Numbered from the stretch's first letter, positions 9,088 to 19,914 are shown. The stretch: 64,000 nucleotides of DNA from an uncultured delta proteobacterium (GCA_903869265.1 CAIPYE010000005.1:97292-161291), one strand, 5' to 3'. The notes: generated from the letters alone by a model not told the origin. Made by a program: numbers and translations.

Positions 9088-11789
9088 TGCGCCTCTTCGC
9101 CCTCGACCGCCAAGCCCTCTTCCTCCGGCTGAAGACCTCGGAAACCGGTCTGGACCAGGTGCAAGTGACCCGGCGACTCCTGGAGTTCGGACCCAACGAA
9201 CTGACAACCGCGGCGAAGAAAAACTATCTCCTTGCCTATCTGAGCCAATACAGCCATTTTTTCGCCATTCTCCTGGAGGTGGCCGCCCTGCTCTCCTTTG
9301 TCGCCGACCGTTATGATCCGGGCCAGGGCAACGATGTCCTGGGCTACGCCATCCTCGGCGCGGTGATCATCAACGCCACCTTCACTTTCTGGCAGGAATA
9401 CCGGGCCGACAAGGCCATGGAGGAGCTGCTCAAACTGATGCCGACAAAGGTTTCCCTCCGCCGGGATGGAAAGATTGTTACAACCACGGCCCACGAGATT
9501 GTCCCCGGCGACATCCTGCTTCTGGAAGAGGGGGACAAGGTCGCGGCGGACGGAATTCTCATCGAGACAAACTCGCTCTATCTCAATCTTTCCTCCCTCA
9601 CCGGAGAATCAGCCCCGGTAGCCCGGGATCTGCTGCCGGGTGAGACACAACGCTCCCTGGACGCCAAAAACATGGTTTTTGCCGGGACCACCGTTCTTTC
9701 CGGGAGCGGGATCGCCGTGGCAAGCGCCACGGGCAATGCCACGGAATTCGGCAAGATCGCCAGCCTGACCAAAAACGTGCGCAAAGCCATAACCCCCATG
9801 CAGCGGGAGATCATCCACATCACCCGCGTCCTCACGGTCATCGCCCTGCTCATGGGTGGTTTCTTCTTCGCCATTGGCCTCTTTTCCGGCAAGGGGATCA
9901 TGCCCGCCTTGATCTTCGCCATCGCCCTCATCGTCGCCAATGTGCCGGAAGGATTGCTGCCGACCATTGCCCTGTCGCTGTCCCTGGCCAGCCAGCGCAT
10001 GGCCCGGCGCAATGCGCTGATCAAAAATCTCGATTCGGTGGAAACCCTGGGCAGCGTCACGGTGATCTGCACGGACAAAACCGGCACCCTGACCAGAAAT
10101 GAAATGACCGTGAAGCTCCTCTGGCTGGCTGGCGGAGAACAGGTTGCCATCTCAGGGGAGGGGTATAACGAACCGGGCGAGTTCTCTTTTTCCCAATGCA
10201 ACGCCACCTCGGAAGACCGCCTTGCCGCCGTGCTCATGGCAGGTCTGCTCAACTGCCGCGCCAGAATCGACGCGGAAGGATTGCACGGCGACCCCACCGA
10301 GCTGGCCCTCGTTGCCGCAGCCCGCAAAAGAGGGATCACCCCCCCGACCATGAAAAAGATTCAGGAATTCATCTTCACCAGCGAACGCAAGATGATGTCT
10401 TCCGTGTATCAAGAAGGAGATAGGCCCACGCTCTTTGCCAAGGGCGCGGTGGAGGCCCTGCTGCCCAGATGCACCTCCTTCCTGGCCGAGGATGGCAGCA
10501 TCCACCCATTAAACGACGTGGGAAAGGCTGCCGCCCTTGCCCGGGCCAGGGAGTTCGAGAGTCAGGCTCTGCGGGTACTGGCGATTGCCCGCAACGACAA
10601 GGCGGAGGAAGAAGGTCTGACCCTGCTGGGCCTTGCTGCCATCATGGACCTGCCGCGCCATGGCGTGTCCGAAGCCGTGGCAACCTGCAAAACCGCAGGC
10701 ATTCGGACCATGATGATCACCGGCGACAACCCGCGCACCGCCGCAGCCATTGCCGGGCAGATCGGCATGGACTTCGACCGGGTTATCACCGGGCCGGAAC
10801 TGGAAACCATGGGGGATGAGCAACTGGAGGAAATCCTTGCCAAAGAAATCGTGCTCTTTGCCCGCATGGCCAGCAGACAGAAGCTGCGCATCGCCACGGC
10901 CCTGCAAAACGCAGGCGAGGTGGTGGCCATGACCGGCGATGGGGTCAACGACGCGCCCGCTCTCAAAAAAGCGGACATCGGCATCGCCATGGGGGTCTCC
11001 GGTTCTGAGGTCGCCAAGGAAGCGGCGGACATGGTGCTGCTCGACGATAACTTCTCCTCCATCGTCATCGCCATCGAGGAAGGCCGGACCGTCTATTTTA
11101 ACGTCAAAAAATTCGTCACCTACATCCTCTCCCACAATGCGCCGGAGGTTGTGCCCTATATCCTGCAGTTTTTCCTGAGAATCCCCCTGCCGCTCTCGGT
11201 GATCCAGATCATCTCCATCGACCTGGGCACGGACATGCTCCCCGGCCTGGCCCTGGGCAGCGAAAGGCCGGAAAAAAACATCATGAACCGCCCGCCAGTG
11301 AGCAGAGAGGAAAAAATCCTCGACTGGGAAGTATTCCAGCGGGGCTATTTTTTCCTGGGGCTTGTCGAGGCAACCGCAGCCATGGTCGCCTTCCTCTCCT
11401 TCCTGCTCCTGCACGGCTGGCAATACGGGACTGTCACCCTTGCCGATCCGCTGCTGCACCGGCAGGCCATGACCATGACCCTGCTGGGCGTGGTTTCCTG
11501 CCAGATGTTCAATGGCTGGACCATGCGGAGCTGGGAATTTTCCGCCTTCAGCCTCGGGATTTTCTCCAATCGTCTGATGCTGGCCGGCATGGCGGTCAAC
11601 CTGGTGTGGGTATGGACCCTCCTCAACGTGGCGGCGGTGCAAAAAGTGTTCAACACTGCCCATGTGCCGCTGGCCGACCTCTGGATATTGCTGCCCTTCC
11701 CCATGACGCTTTTTCTGGGCCACGAAGGCTACAAATGGCGGCGGCGCCGCAGGAACAGTCCGAACACCCCACAACCGGATCGCGTCTGA
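9084..11789 (+). CDS. P2-type cation-transporting P-type ATPase (Ca2+/Mg2+-like)
   Basis: Motifs TGES, PEGLLPT, ICTDKTGTLT, MITGDN and GDGVNDAPALKKADIG. 901 aa with about 10 TM segments. Confidence 0.92.
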   Translation: MMRLFALDRQALFLRLKTSETGLDQVQVTRRLLEFGPNELTTAAKKNYLLAYLSQYSHFFAILLEVAALLSFVADRYDPGQGNDVLGYAILGAVIINATFTFWQEYRADKAMEELLKLMPTKVSLRRDGKIVTTTAHEIVPGDILLLEEGDKVAADGILIETNSLYLNLSSLTGESAPVARDLLPGETQRSLDAKNMVFAGTTVLSGSGIAVASATGNATEFGKIASLTKNVRKAITPMQREIIHITRVLTVIALLMGGFFFAIGLFSGKGIMPALIFAIALIVANVPEGLLPTIALSLSLASQRMARRNALIKNLDSVETLGSVTVICTDKTGTLTRNEMTVKLLWLAGGEQVAISGEGYNEPGEFSFSQCNATSEDRLAAVLMAGLLNCRARIDAEGLHGDPTELALVAAARKRGITPPTMKKIQEFIFTSERKMMSSVYQEGDRPTLFAKGAVEALLPRCTSFLAEDGSIHPLNDVGKAAALARAREFESQALRVLAIARNDKAEEEGLTLLGLAAIMDLPRHGVSEAVATCKTAGIRTMMITGDNPRTAAAIAGQIGMDFDRVITGPELETMGDEQLEEILAKEIVLFARMASRQKLRIATALQNAGEVVAMTGDGVNDAPALKKADIGIAMGVSGSEVAKEAADMVLLDDNFSSIVIAIEEGRTVYFNVKKFVTYILSHNAPEVVPYILQFFLRIPLPLSVIQIISIDLGTDMLPGLALGSERPEKNIMNRPPVSREEKILDWEVFQRGYFFLGLVEATAAMVAFLSFLLLHGWQYGTVTLADPLLHRQAMTMTLLGVVSCQMFNGWTMRSWEFSAFSLGIFSNRLMLAGMAVNLVWVWTLLNVAAVQKVFNTAHVPLADLWILLPFPMTLFLGHEGYKWRRRRRNSPNTPQPDRV

Positions 11790-11928
11790 GCATATTTCCC
11801 AAGCCACACCTCAACCATTGCCCATTTTTTTCTTCGCAAGCACCCCTAAACGTGATACCCTTTTCGGGATAGATTCACCGGTCTTAACTCCCCGGCCTGT
11901 CATATAAAAACTGCACGGATGCGCAACC

Positions 11929-12825
11929 ATGACCACCATTGATTTCAACGCCCAACGCCTTGAGCATGCCAAGCAGATCGTCAGCAAGATCAAGCTGCCG
12001 GCCCAGCCCACCATCGTCATCGAAATCAACAAGGAAATGCGCGCCGAGCATCCCGACTTCGGTCGCATCGCCCATCTGGTGACCCAGGACGCCTCGATCA
12101 GCGCCAAAGTCATCAACGTCATCAACTCGCCCTTCTTCGGTTTGGCCCGCAAATGCGAGTCCATAGTCCAGGCCCTTACCTACATGGGGCTGGAAAATTT
12201 CCGCAAGGTGGTGCTCACCGCCTGTTTACAGGACGCCTTGGGCAGCGGCTCCGCAGGGGACAGGATTTTCTGGGAGCATTCCCTGCACACGGCGGTGGCG
12301 GCAGAGTCCCTGGCTAAAACCATGCGCAGCGTTTTGGGCGCTGAGGACATCACCCCGGACATGGCCTATATGACCGGCCTGTTCCACGACTGCGCCATCC
12401 CGATGCTGCTGAAACGCAGCCCGGAGTATGAGGCCTTCACCCATGCCGCTCTCAGCCATAAACGTGACATCATCCAAGAAGAGGACGCACTGATCGGCTC
12501 CGATCACTGCGTGGTGGGGGGGCTGATGGCCAAGACCTGGTCGCTTCCCGATGCGGTATGCAAAACCATCATCCACCACCACACCTCCAACCTCGCCGGG
12601 CAGGGCGCCTTGCCAAACAAACTCATTGCTCTGCTCAGAATCGCCGACTACATCGCGTACACCTTTGGCTATTCCATCGGCATGGCGGACCGAATCATCG
12701 ACGGCGAATGGGATCCTGAGGATTGGAGCGAGCTCAACGGGAACGTGCTGCAAGAACTGCATCTGGGGCCGGACGACCTCGTTGACATGAAAGATCAGGT
12801 TTTCGAACTGCTCGCTGCTCAGTGA
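11929..12825 (+). CDS. HDOD-domain signalling protein
   Basis: LPAQPTIVIEINK...SISAKVINVINSPFFGL...IVQALTYMGL matches the HDOD pattern. Confidence 0.8.
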   Translation: MTTIDFNAQRLEHAKQIVSKIKLPAQPTIVIEINKEMRAEHPDFGRIAHLVTQDASISAKVINVINSPFFGLARKCESIVQALTYMGLENFRKVVLTACLQDALGSGSAGDRIFWEHSLHTAVAAESLAKTMRSVLGAEDITPDMAYMTGLFHDCAIPMLLKRSPEYEAFTHAALSHKRDIIQEEDALIGSDHCVVGGLMAKTWSLPDAVCKTIIHHHTSNLAGQGALPNKLIALLRIADYIAYTFGYSIGMADRIIDGEWDPEDWSELNGNVLQELHLGPDDLVDMKDQVFELLAAQ

Positions 12826-13817
12826 TCCTCGACAGCCGCCTCGTTCTTGGCAAAAAAGACGCAAGCCCGTTCCTTGGCTTCGCTCAGTGAACCGCTGGAT
12901 TGTACAGCCGAGGCCAGACTGTGCCCGAAGGGGTAGTTTTTGGCATAGTAATGGCTGAACTCCTTGAGTCGGCCCAAGCGCCGCTCCGGCAGGAAGCTTT
13001 CCTCAAGCAGCTCAACGAAGCGCAGATAGAGCGCCGGTTTGTTCACCGCCCCAACCTCCTCGTCCACTCCGTACAGCGCATGGGCAAGCTCGGCGAAAAT
13101 CCAAGGCCGGATCGCCGCAGCCCGGCCGATCATGAGGCCGTCCGCCCCTGATTGGGCCAAACAATTCCTGGCGTCATCCACCGAAAAAATCCCGCCGTTG
13201 GCAATAACCGGGATGTTCACCCACCCCTTCACCTTGCCAACCCATGGCCAGCGTGGCTTGCGCACGAACGGCTCGCCCCGCAGCCGGGCATGGACAGACA
13301 GCAGATCAATCCCCTCGCCTTCCAGCATCTGACAGAAATCGCGCAATTTTTCCTCATCCAGGGTCTCGCCCAACCGAATCTTGGCGGTCAGCGGCAGATC
13401 GGTCTGCTTTCTCGCCTCCGCCACCAGAGCCTGCACCAAGGCGGGATCCTCCATGAGACAGCTGCCTCCCCCCATGCGACGGACGGTTGGGGCAGGGCAG
13501 CCCAGGTTGAGATCAATGGCCTCGGCCCCCAGAACATGGAGCTTGGCAATGGCAGGGGTAACCTCCTCCACCCGGCTGACCAGCAGTTGATAGGACAGGG
13601 GGATTTCCTGGGCGCTTCGCACCAGATAGGGGGATATCTGCGGGTTTTCCGAGGGCAACCGGGCGGCGGAGAGCATCTCGGTGGACAACAGGCCAATGCC
13701 TCCCTGCTCCAAAATAAGACGACGCAAGGCAGAATGGGTCAAACCGGCCATGGGGGCCAGAAAGAGCGGCGGTGAAATCTCCAACCCCTTTAATCGGAGA
13801 GGCTGCGCCTTATCCAT
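12819..13817 (-). CDS. tRNA-dihydrouridine synthase (Dus family)
   Basis: LFLAPMAGLTHSALRRL and a TIM-barrel FMN pattern (NLGCP, HARL). Start taken at ATG 13817 (MDKAQPL) so that it does not overlap the upstream gene. Confidence 0.85.
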   Translation of the reverse strand: MDKAQPLRLKGLEISPPLFLAPMAGLTHSALRRLILEQGGIGLLSTEMLSAARLPSENPQISPYLVRSAQEIPLSYQLLVSRVEEVTPAIAKLHVLGAEAIDLNLGCPAPTVRRMGGGSCLMEDPALVQALVAEARKQTDLPLTAKIRLGETLDEEKLRDFCQMLEGEGIDLLSVHARLRGEPFVRKPRWPWVGKVKGWVNIPVIANGGIFSVDDARNCLAQSGADGLMIGRAAAIRPWIFAELAHALYGVDEEVGAVNKPALYLRFVELLEESFLPERRLGRLKEFSHYYAKNYPFGHSLASAVQSSGSLSEAKERACVFFAKNEAAVEDH

Positions 13818-13860
13818 GGATGGCTCTTGTGCGGATATTATCAAAGAAACAAGGCATGTC

Positions 13861-14400
13861 CTATTCCCGGCCCAGCAGCTTCCGGCCAAGCGCACCCAGT
13901 TTTGATTCCCGGATCGCAAGAAAATCCAGATCGGCAAGGTCGGCCAACTCCGGCCTCTGTTCAAGAATCAATCCGGCCGCGATCTCGGCCCCACCCACGG
14001 TCAGTTCCTTGCACGTAGCGCCGTTCTTCTCCTTGCGCCGTTTGAGCAACACCCGACAACAAGTAGCGGAAAAGCGTGTCCGAAACCGGTCGTGCATCTC
14101 CTTGGCCACCTTCTCGAACTCCTTTGCCTTCATGCCTCCAGCCTGGCGGGGCCCAAGAAAAAGACTTATCGCTACCTCACCCCCGGCCAGCGAGCCGCAG
14201 GTGCAACCGGCGCCACCCATGCCGTGGCAGAACCCGGAACCAAGGCGAACGGCCAGTTCCGGGCTGAGGTCGCCGCGAAAACCCTGATTGATGACGACAA
14301 TTACCGACTCGGAACAGCAGTAACCCCTGGCCGTAAAAATGTTGGCCGCCCGCTGTCCGACCAGCTCAACGATTCGAGCCGCATTTTCTTGATTTTTCAT
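13861..14400 (-). CDS. C_GCAxxG_C_C family putative redox-active protein
   Basis: YCCSESV near the N-terminus and GAGCTCGSLAGG (the GCAxxG-type motif). Confidence 0.75.
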   Translation of the reverse strand: MKNQENAARIVELVGQRAANIFTARGYCCSESVIVVINQGFRGDLSPELAVRLGSGFCHGMGGAGCTCGSLAGGEVAISLFLGPRQAGGMKAKEFEKVAKEMHDRFRTRFSATCCRVLLKRRKEKNGATCKELTVGGAEIAAGLILEQRPELADLADLDFLAIRESKLGALGRKLLGRE

Positions 14401-14470
14401 ATGTCATCCCACGATCGAAAATAGTAACCCAAAAACGTCCTGCCCATTCCACAGCCACCCCATATAACAC

Positions 14471-14511
14471 AAAAGGCCAGCCGGATCATCTACAATCCCG
14501 GCCAGCCTTTT
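14471..14511 (-). terminator. Rho-independent (bidirectional-looking) terminator after clpB
   Basis: AAAAGGC-CA-GCCGG ... CCGGC-CA-GCCTTTT hairpin with flanking A and T runs, 25 nt beyond the clpB stop. Confidence 0.6.
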
Positions 14512-14535
14512 GCCTTGCGCTTGCTTCCTTTCTTT

Positions 14536-17124
14536 TTATTTCCTGCCGAAGGTAAGCCCTGCCTCGCCCCGGTCCACTACAATCGTATCCCCTTCGGCAA
14601 AGGTCCCATCCAGAATCTTCATGGCCAGACCGTCCTGCACATAGCGCTGGATGGCACGCTTGAGCGGCCTTGCCCCAAAGCTCGGGTCGTAGCCCACCTC
14701 GATCAGATACTCTTTGGCAGCCTCGGTCAGGGTAACGATGTACTTCTGCTCGGCCAGCCGCTGGGTGAGCAACGCCACCTGGATGTCGATGATCCGGGCA
14801 AGATCTTCCCGGCCCAGGGAGTGGAAGATGATGATCTCATCGATCCGGTTCAAAAACTCGGGCCGGAACTGGGCATGGAGGATGGCGTCAATTTCCTTCT
14901 GCATCTCCCCCCTCCGGCCCTCGCCCAACTCCATGATCAACTGGCTGCCCAGGTTCGAGGTCATGATCAAGATGGTATTCTTAAAATCCACGGTCCGCCC
15001 CTTGCCGTCGGTCATCCGACCATCGTCGAGGATTTGGAGCAAAACGTTGAACACATCCGGATGGGCCTTTTCGATCTCGTCGAAGAGGATGACCGAATAG
15101 GGCCTCCGCCGCACCGCCTCCGTGAGATAGCCGCCCTCCTCGTAGCCCACATAGCCCGGAGGTGCACCGATCAACCGGGAGACCGAATGCTTTTCCATAA
15201 ACTCAGACATGTCCAGACGGATCATGGCCTTTTCGGTGTCAAAGAGAAAATGGGCCAGACTCCGGGCCAGCTCGGTCTTGCCCACCCCGGTGGGACCTAA
15301 AAAGATAAAGGAACCCAAAGGCCGGTTGGGGTCCTGGAGCCCGGCCCGGGCCCGCCGCACCGCATTTGCCACCGCAGTGATCGCCTCTTTCTGGCCCACC
15401 ACCCGTCTGGCCAGTTCGGCATCGGCATGGACCAGTTTTTCCTTTTCCCCGGAGAGCAGCCGGTCCACCGGGATGCCGGTCCACTTGGCCACCACCTGGG
15501 CCACATCCTCCTCGTCCACCTCTTCCTTGAGCATTTTCCGGTCCTTCTGGATCTCGGCAAGATGCGTATTTTCGGAGGCGAGCTGTTTCTCAAGTTCCAC
15601 GATCCTGCCGTAGCGGATCTCGGCCACCTTGCTCAGATCGCCCTGCCGCTCCGCCTGCTGCTCGGCAACCCGCGCCTCGTCGATATCGCTTTTGACCTTT
15701 CTGATCTTCTGGATGATGTCCCGCTCCAGCTGCCAGTGGCCCTTCATGGCGGTCAGGTTCTCGTTGAGCTCGGCCAACTCAGCCTCGATCTTGCCAAGCC
15801 GCTCTTTCGAGCCCACATCACTTTCCTTTCTCAAGGCCTCCCGCTCGATCTCCAGCATGATCCGCTTCCGGTCCACCTCGTCGATCTCGGTGGGCATGGA
15901 ATCGATCTCGATCCGCAACCGGGAAGCCGCCTCGTCGATGAGGTCGATGGCCTTGTCCGGCAAGAACCGATCGGTGATATAGCGATTGGACAGGGTCGCC
16001 GCCGCAACGGTGGCCGAATCCTTGATCCGCACCCCGTGGTGAACCTCGTATTTTTCCTTGATCCCGCGAAGGATGGCGATGGTGTCATCCAAGGAAGGCT
16101 CCTGCACCAGAACCTGCTGGAAGCGGCGCTCAAAGGCCGCGTCTTTTTCGATGTATTTGCGGTACTCGTTTAAGGTGGTGGCGCCGACACAGTGCAGCTC
16201 GCCCCGGGCCAGAGCGGGCTTGAGCATGTTGGAAGCGTCCATGGCCCCTTCCGCAGCCCCGGCACCCACCAGGGTATGGATCTCATCGATGAAGAGGATG
16301 ACCTCCCCTTCCCGTTTCTGCACCTCTTTGAGCACCGCCTTGAGCCGGTCCTCAAACTCGCCCCGGTACTTGGCCCCAGCCACCAGCGCGCCCAAATCCA
16401 AGGAAAGCACCTGCTTGTTGCGCAGGGTTTCCGGCACGTCTCCGTTGACGATGCGCTGGGCCAACCCCTCGACAATGGCGGTCTTGCCCACCCCGGGCTC
16501 GCCGATCAAGACCGGGTTGTTCTTGGTCCGTCGAGAAAGCACCTGGATCACCCGGCGCACCTCGTCATCGCGGCCGATTACCGGGTCAAGCTTGCCCTGC
16601 CTGGCCACATCGGTGAGGTTGCGGGCATATTTCTCCAGGGCCTGATACTTCTCTTCTGGGTTGGGGTCGGTGACCCGCTGGTTGCCGCGGATGGCGACCA
16701 ACGCCTGCAAAAAGGCATCCCGGGTTATGCCTTTACGCTTAAAAGCCTGGGCCGCAGGGGAGTCCTTGTCATCGAGCACCGCAAGAATCAGATGCTCCAG
16801 GCTGACATACTCATCCTGCATCTCCCCGGCCACCTTGAAGGCCCGGTCCAGCAGGGCCTGGAACCGTTTCCCGGCATAGGCCTGGGTGTAGCCGCCGCCA
16901 CTGACCTGGGGCAGTTTGGCGAGAAGCCCGTCCATCTCCTGCCGGAGCTGGCCCGGATCAACACCCATCTTCTGCAGGATGGGCACCACCACCCCATCGG
17001 GCTGGTCAAGAAGAACCCGCATGAGATGCTCGGGCTGGATCTCCTGATGCCCCTTGCCCTGGGCCAGACTCTGGGCAGCCTGCACCGCTTCCTGTGATTT
17101 CACCGTAAATTTATCAAACTGCAT
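14536..17124 (-). CDS. clpB: ATP-dependent chaperone ClpB
   Basis: 862 aa with two AAA+ modules ([16 protein letters not shown]), a middle coiled-coil domain and a Clp_N domain. Confidence 0.97.
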   Translation of the reverse strand: MQFDKFTVKSQEAVQAAQSLAQGKGHQEIQPEHLMRVLLDQPDGVVVPILQKMGVDPGQLRQEMDGLLAKLPQVSGGGYTQAYAGKRFQALLDRAFKVAGEMQDEYVSLEHLILAVLDDKDSPAAQAFKRKGITRDAFLQALVAIRGNQRVTDPNPEEKYQALEKYARNLTDVARQGKLDPVIGRDDEVRRVIQVLSRRTKNNPVLIGEPGVGKTAIVEGLAQRIVNGDVPETLRNKQVLSLDLGALVAGAKYRGEFEDRLKAVLKEVQKREGEVILFIDEIHTLVGAGAAEGAMDASNMLKPALARGELHCVGATTLNEYRKYIEKDAAFERRFQQVLVQEPSLDDTIAILRGIKEKYEVHHGVRIKDSATVAAATLSNRYITDRFLPDKAIDLIDEAASRLRIEIDSMPTEIDEVDRKRIMLEIEREALRKESDVGSKERLGKIEAELAELNENLTAMKGHWQLERDIIQKIRKVKSDIDEARVAEQQAERQGDLSKVAEIRYGRIVELEKQLASENTHLAEIQKDRKMLKEEVDEEDVAQVVAKWTGIPVDRLLSGEKEKLVHADAELARRVVGQKEAITAVANAVRRARAGLQDPNRPLGSFIFLGPTGVGKTELARSLAHFLFDTEKAMIRLDMSEFMEKHSVSRLIGAPPGYVGYEEGGYLTEAVRRRPYSVILFDEIEKAHPDVFNVLLQILDDGRMTDGKGRTVDFKNTILIMTSNLGSQLIMELGEGRRGEMQKEIDAILHAQFRPEFLNRIDEIIIFHSLGREDLARIIDIQVALLTQRLAEQKYIVTLTEAAKEYLIEVGYDPSFGARPLKRAIQRYVQDGLAMKILDGTFAEGDTIVVDRGEAGLTFGRK

Positions 17125-17394
17125 AGCCGTTGCTCCTTAAGAAAATAACCAGCCAAACGCCCCCCGCTCTGAAACTGCAAATACCGTAAGCGCGCCCCCA
17201 ACCGCTGTCAAGGGCGTTTCCGTCAAGTTACTGACACCACCCCTCGTGTTTGCTTGGGCCAAGTCGCCAAAGCCAGAGAAGACGGATCTTTACCCGACCA
17301 ACATACATTCCCTTTGCATTGCCCAAGAGCTCGGGGATATATATGCAGCAGAAACGGCTACGTCCCCCTTGTCGCCTTTTCTTCAGAATAGCAC

Positions 17395-18105
17395 ATGCCC
17401 CATCTTGCCGTGATCATCTTTATTACAACCTATCTCGGTGTGGCCATTGGCCGGATTCCCGGCCTAAGACCGGATCGCACCGGCATCGCCCTGCTGGGGG
17501 CAATCGCCATAATCGCCAGCGGCGCAGTGCCGCTCACCGAGGCCATGGCGGTCATCGACTTGCCCACGATCATCCTGCTCTACGCCCTGATGGTGCTCTC
17601 CGCCCGACTGAGGTTGGGGGGTTTCTACACCTGGGTCGCCAGCCGCACCACCAACCTGCTGACTTTTTCTCCTTGTCAGCATGCTGGTGGCAGCCCTGCT
17701 TTCCGCCCTGCTGGCCAACGACATTACCACCCGCAATATTCCCAGCCTGATCATGGAGACCATGGCCCACCAGGGCATAACCATCACCAACCTCTTTGCC
17801 CTCACCGGCATCTCCACCATCATGAGCAACCTGGTCAGCAACGTGCCAGCCGCCATGTTTCTGGTCCGCTTCCTTGACCCTGGTGGCCGGAGCAGTGGTA
17901 TGTCCTGGCCCTGGCAAGCACCTTTGCCGGAAACCTGATCATCATCGGCAGCATCGCCAATCTCATCGTCATCGAGCAGGCAAAGAAATTTCATATCGAG
18001 ATCAGTTTCCGGGAACACGTCAGGGTTGGCATCCCGATTACGCTTTTTTCTCTGCTCGTTCTTGTTTTACTGCTATACTTGCGGCACGATCTCTTGTTCC
18101 CGTAA
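17395..18105 (+). pseudogene. Degraded ArsB/NhaD/YbiR-type anion permease (two frameshifts plus an internal deletion)
   Basis: Homology runs in frame 1 (17395 to about 17660, MPHLAVIIFITTYLGVAIG...). It moves to frame 2 (about 17660-17875, LFLLVSMLVAALLSALLANDI...SNLVSNVPAAMFLV). It then returns to frame 1 (17878-18105, WYVLALASTFAGNLIIIGSIANLIVIE...). The total is about 237 codons, against about 370-430 for intact family members. Confidence 0.7.
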
Positions 18106-18136
18106 GGATAACACCAACACCCGAGTCATCTCTCCC

Positions 18137-19495
18137 ATGGAAATATCTCTCATGAAAAGCCTTTGGCTTTCTGCGGTCAGTGAAAAAAAACTTATGGGCA
18201 TCAACGACTGGCTGCTCGAACATGTCCTGACCTACGACCACTTTATCCAGGCGCTGGTTATCATCTGTGCCCTGCTGATCGCCGTTTTGGTCGGCAATAG
18301 AATCAAACGAAAATTCTCAACTCCCGACCTGCCCCAGAGGCGCTTCGGCCAGATACTTGTCGCCGTGCTGCCTCTTGCTTCACCTTTGCTCTGGCTTTTC
18401 CTGCAGATCGTCTCGCTGCTGGTGGCCATGGAAGCCGAATGGCCCCACAATCTGCTCACCATTGTCATCAATCTCCTGGCGGTCTGGGTCATCCTCCATG
18501 CCGCCTCCTTGCTGTTCAACAACACCGCCTGGATCAGACTGATTACGATCCTCGCCTGGACCCTTGCCGCCCTTAACATTATGGACCTGATGGGGCCGAC
18601 CGTCCGGTTGCTCGACCGTCTGGCCCTCACGTTTGGCGCGGTGCGCATTTCGCTTCTCACCGGGCTCGAAGGACTCCTGACCCTGGCGCTGCTGCTCTGG
18701 GGAGCCCGCATCCTCGCCCGTCTTTTCGAAAAACGCATTCGGGGGAACCCGGACCTCTCTCCTTCCATCCAGGTTCTGTTCGTCAAACTGTCAAAGGCTG
18801 CGCTCATCACCACCGCTATCCTGGTGGGGTTGCGCCTGGTCGGCATCGACCTCACAGGCTTTACCATTTTCACTGGTGCGGTTGGCGTGGGCATCGGCTT
18901 CGGCCTGCAAAAAATCGCTTCCAACCTGATCAGCGGCATCATCCTCCTGCTGGACAAATCCATCAAGCCGGGCGACGTTATCACCGTCGGCACAACCTAT
19001 GGCTGGGTGAACTCACTCGGCGCCCGCTATACCTCGCTCATCACCCAGGACGGCAAGGAATTTCTGATCCCCAACGAAGATCTGATCACCCAACAGGTGG
19101 AAAACTGGTCGTTCAGCAACAAAAGAGTGCGGTTGAGAATTCCGGTGGGAATTGCCTACAATTCGGATGTCCGCAAGGCCATAGCCATCTGCGAAGAGGC
19201 AGCCAGGCAAACCGCCAGGATCATCCAGGAGCCGCCTCCCCTGTGCATGCTCGTCGCCTTTGGCGACAGCTCGGTTGATCTTGAATTAGGCGCTTGGATC
19301 AACGACCCGATCAACGGGGTCAAGAATGTGCAGAGTGATATTCTCTTAAATATCTGGGATGCATTCCATGAGCAGGGCATTGATATCCCCTATCCGCAGC
19401 GGGATATCCACATCAGAACCATGCCGCCCGGAACAGGGGCTGTAGCGGGGGAAGGACAAAAGGTTCTCCAACAGAGCCTTGCCTCCGAGGCATGA
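18137..19495 (+). CDS. Mechanosensitive ion channel (MscS family) with a multi-TM N-terminal extension
   Basis: SNLISGIILLLDKSIKPGDVITV...LGARYTSLITQDGKEFLIPNEDLITQQVENWS is the MscS beta-domain signature. Start uncertain; ATG 18137 was chosen because it lies after the pseudogene stop. Confidence 0.85.
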   Translation: MEISLMKSLWLSAVSEKKLMGINDWLLEHVLTYDHFIQALVIICALLIAVLVGNRIKRKFSTPDLPQRRFGQILVAVLPLASPLLWLFLQIVSLLVAMEAEWPHNLLTIVINLLAVWVILHAASLLFNNTAWIRLITILAWTLAALNIMDLMGPTVRLLDRLALTFGAVRISLLTGLEGLLTLALLLWGARILARLFEKRIRGNPDLSPSIQVLFVKLSKAALITTAILVGLRLVGIDLTGFTIFTGAVGVGIGFGLQKIASNLISGIILLLDKSIKPGDVITVGTTYGWVNSLGARYTSLITQDGKEFLIPNEDLITQQVENWSFSNKRVRLRIPVGIAYNSDVRKAIAICEEAARQTARIIQEPPPLCMLVAFGDSSVDLELGAWINDPINGVKNVQSDILLNIWDAFHEQGIDIPYPQRDIHIRTMPPGTGAVAGEGQKVLQQSLASEA

Positions 19496-19506
19496 AGGAG
19501 ACACCC

Positions 19507-19851
19507 ATGAACAAACCCCCCAAGAATACGCTGGTGGGAGCAATTGAGGCCGGCGGAACCAAATTCGTGTGCGCTGTCGGTACTTGCCCGCAAGACCTGA
19601 GCCGAACCAAGTTCCCTTCCGGAAATAATCCCGGCCAAGTACTTTCCGCGGTCACGAACTGGCTCTGCGAGCAGCAGCGGCTACGCGGTAAGCTCCAGGC
19701 CGTGGGCATCGGCTCGTTCGGCCCAGTAGATTTCGACCGAGATTCTCCGACGCTGAAAGAAGATATCGGCAATTTCATCGTGCCGTCACTTCTGGGGGAC
19801 GATGCCGGTCTTTGTGGAGCCATGGCATTGGCTCAGCAAAGCATTGCCTAA
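19507..19851 (+). pseudogene. 5' remnant of a ROK-family fructokinase (GmuE/Mak-like)
   Basis: LVGAIEAGGTKFVCAVG...AVGIGSFGPVDFDRDSPT matches roughly the first 90 aa of ROK fructokinases. The expected YG.I..TPK.GW region is absent, and the ORF ends after about 114 codons instead of about 300. Confidence 0.6.
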
Positions 19852-19914
19852 CCTCGGGCATTGACCCAAGGTTAAGCGATGCCTACTCACTCATTCTGTC
19901 AGCACCAGCGAACA

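Noticed and set aside
17125-17394. A sigma-32 heat-shock promoter or CIRCE element upstream of clpB.
   Set aside because: I found only TTGACA-N17-TACGGT on the minus strand. There is no CTTGAAA / CCCCATNT pair and no TTAGCACTC-N9-GAGTGCTAA. I cannot call a promoter with confidence.
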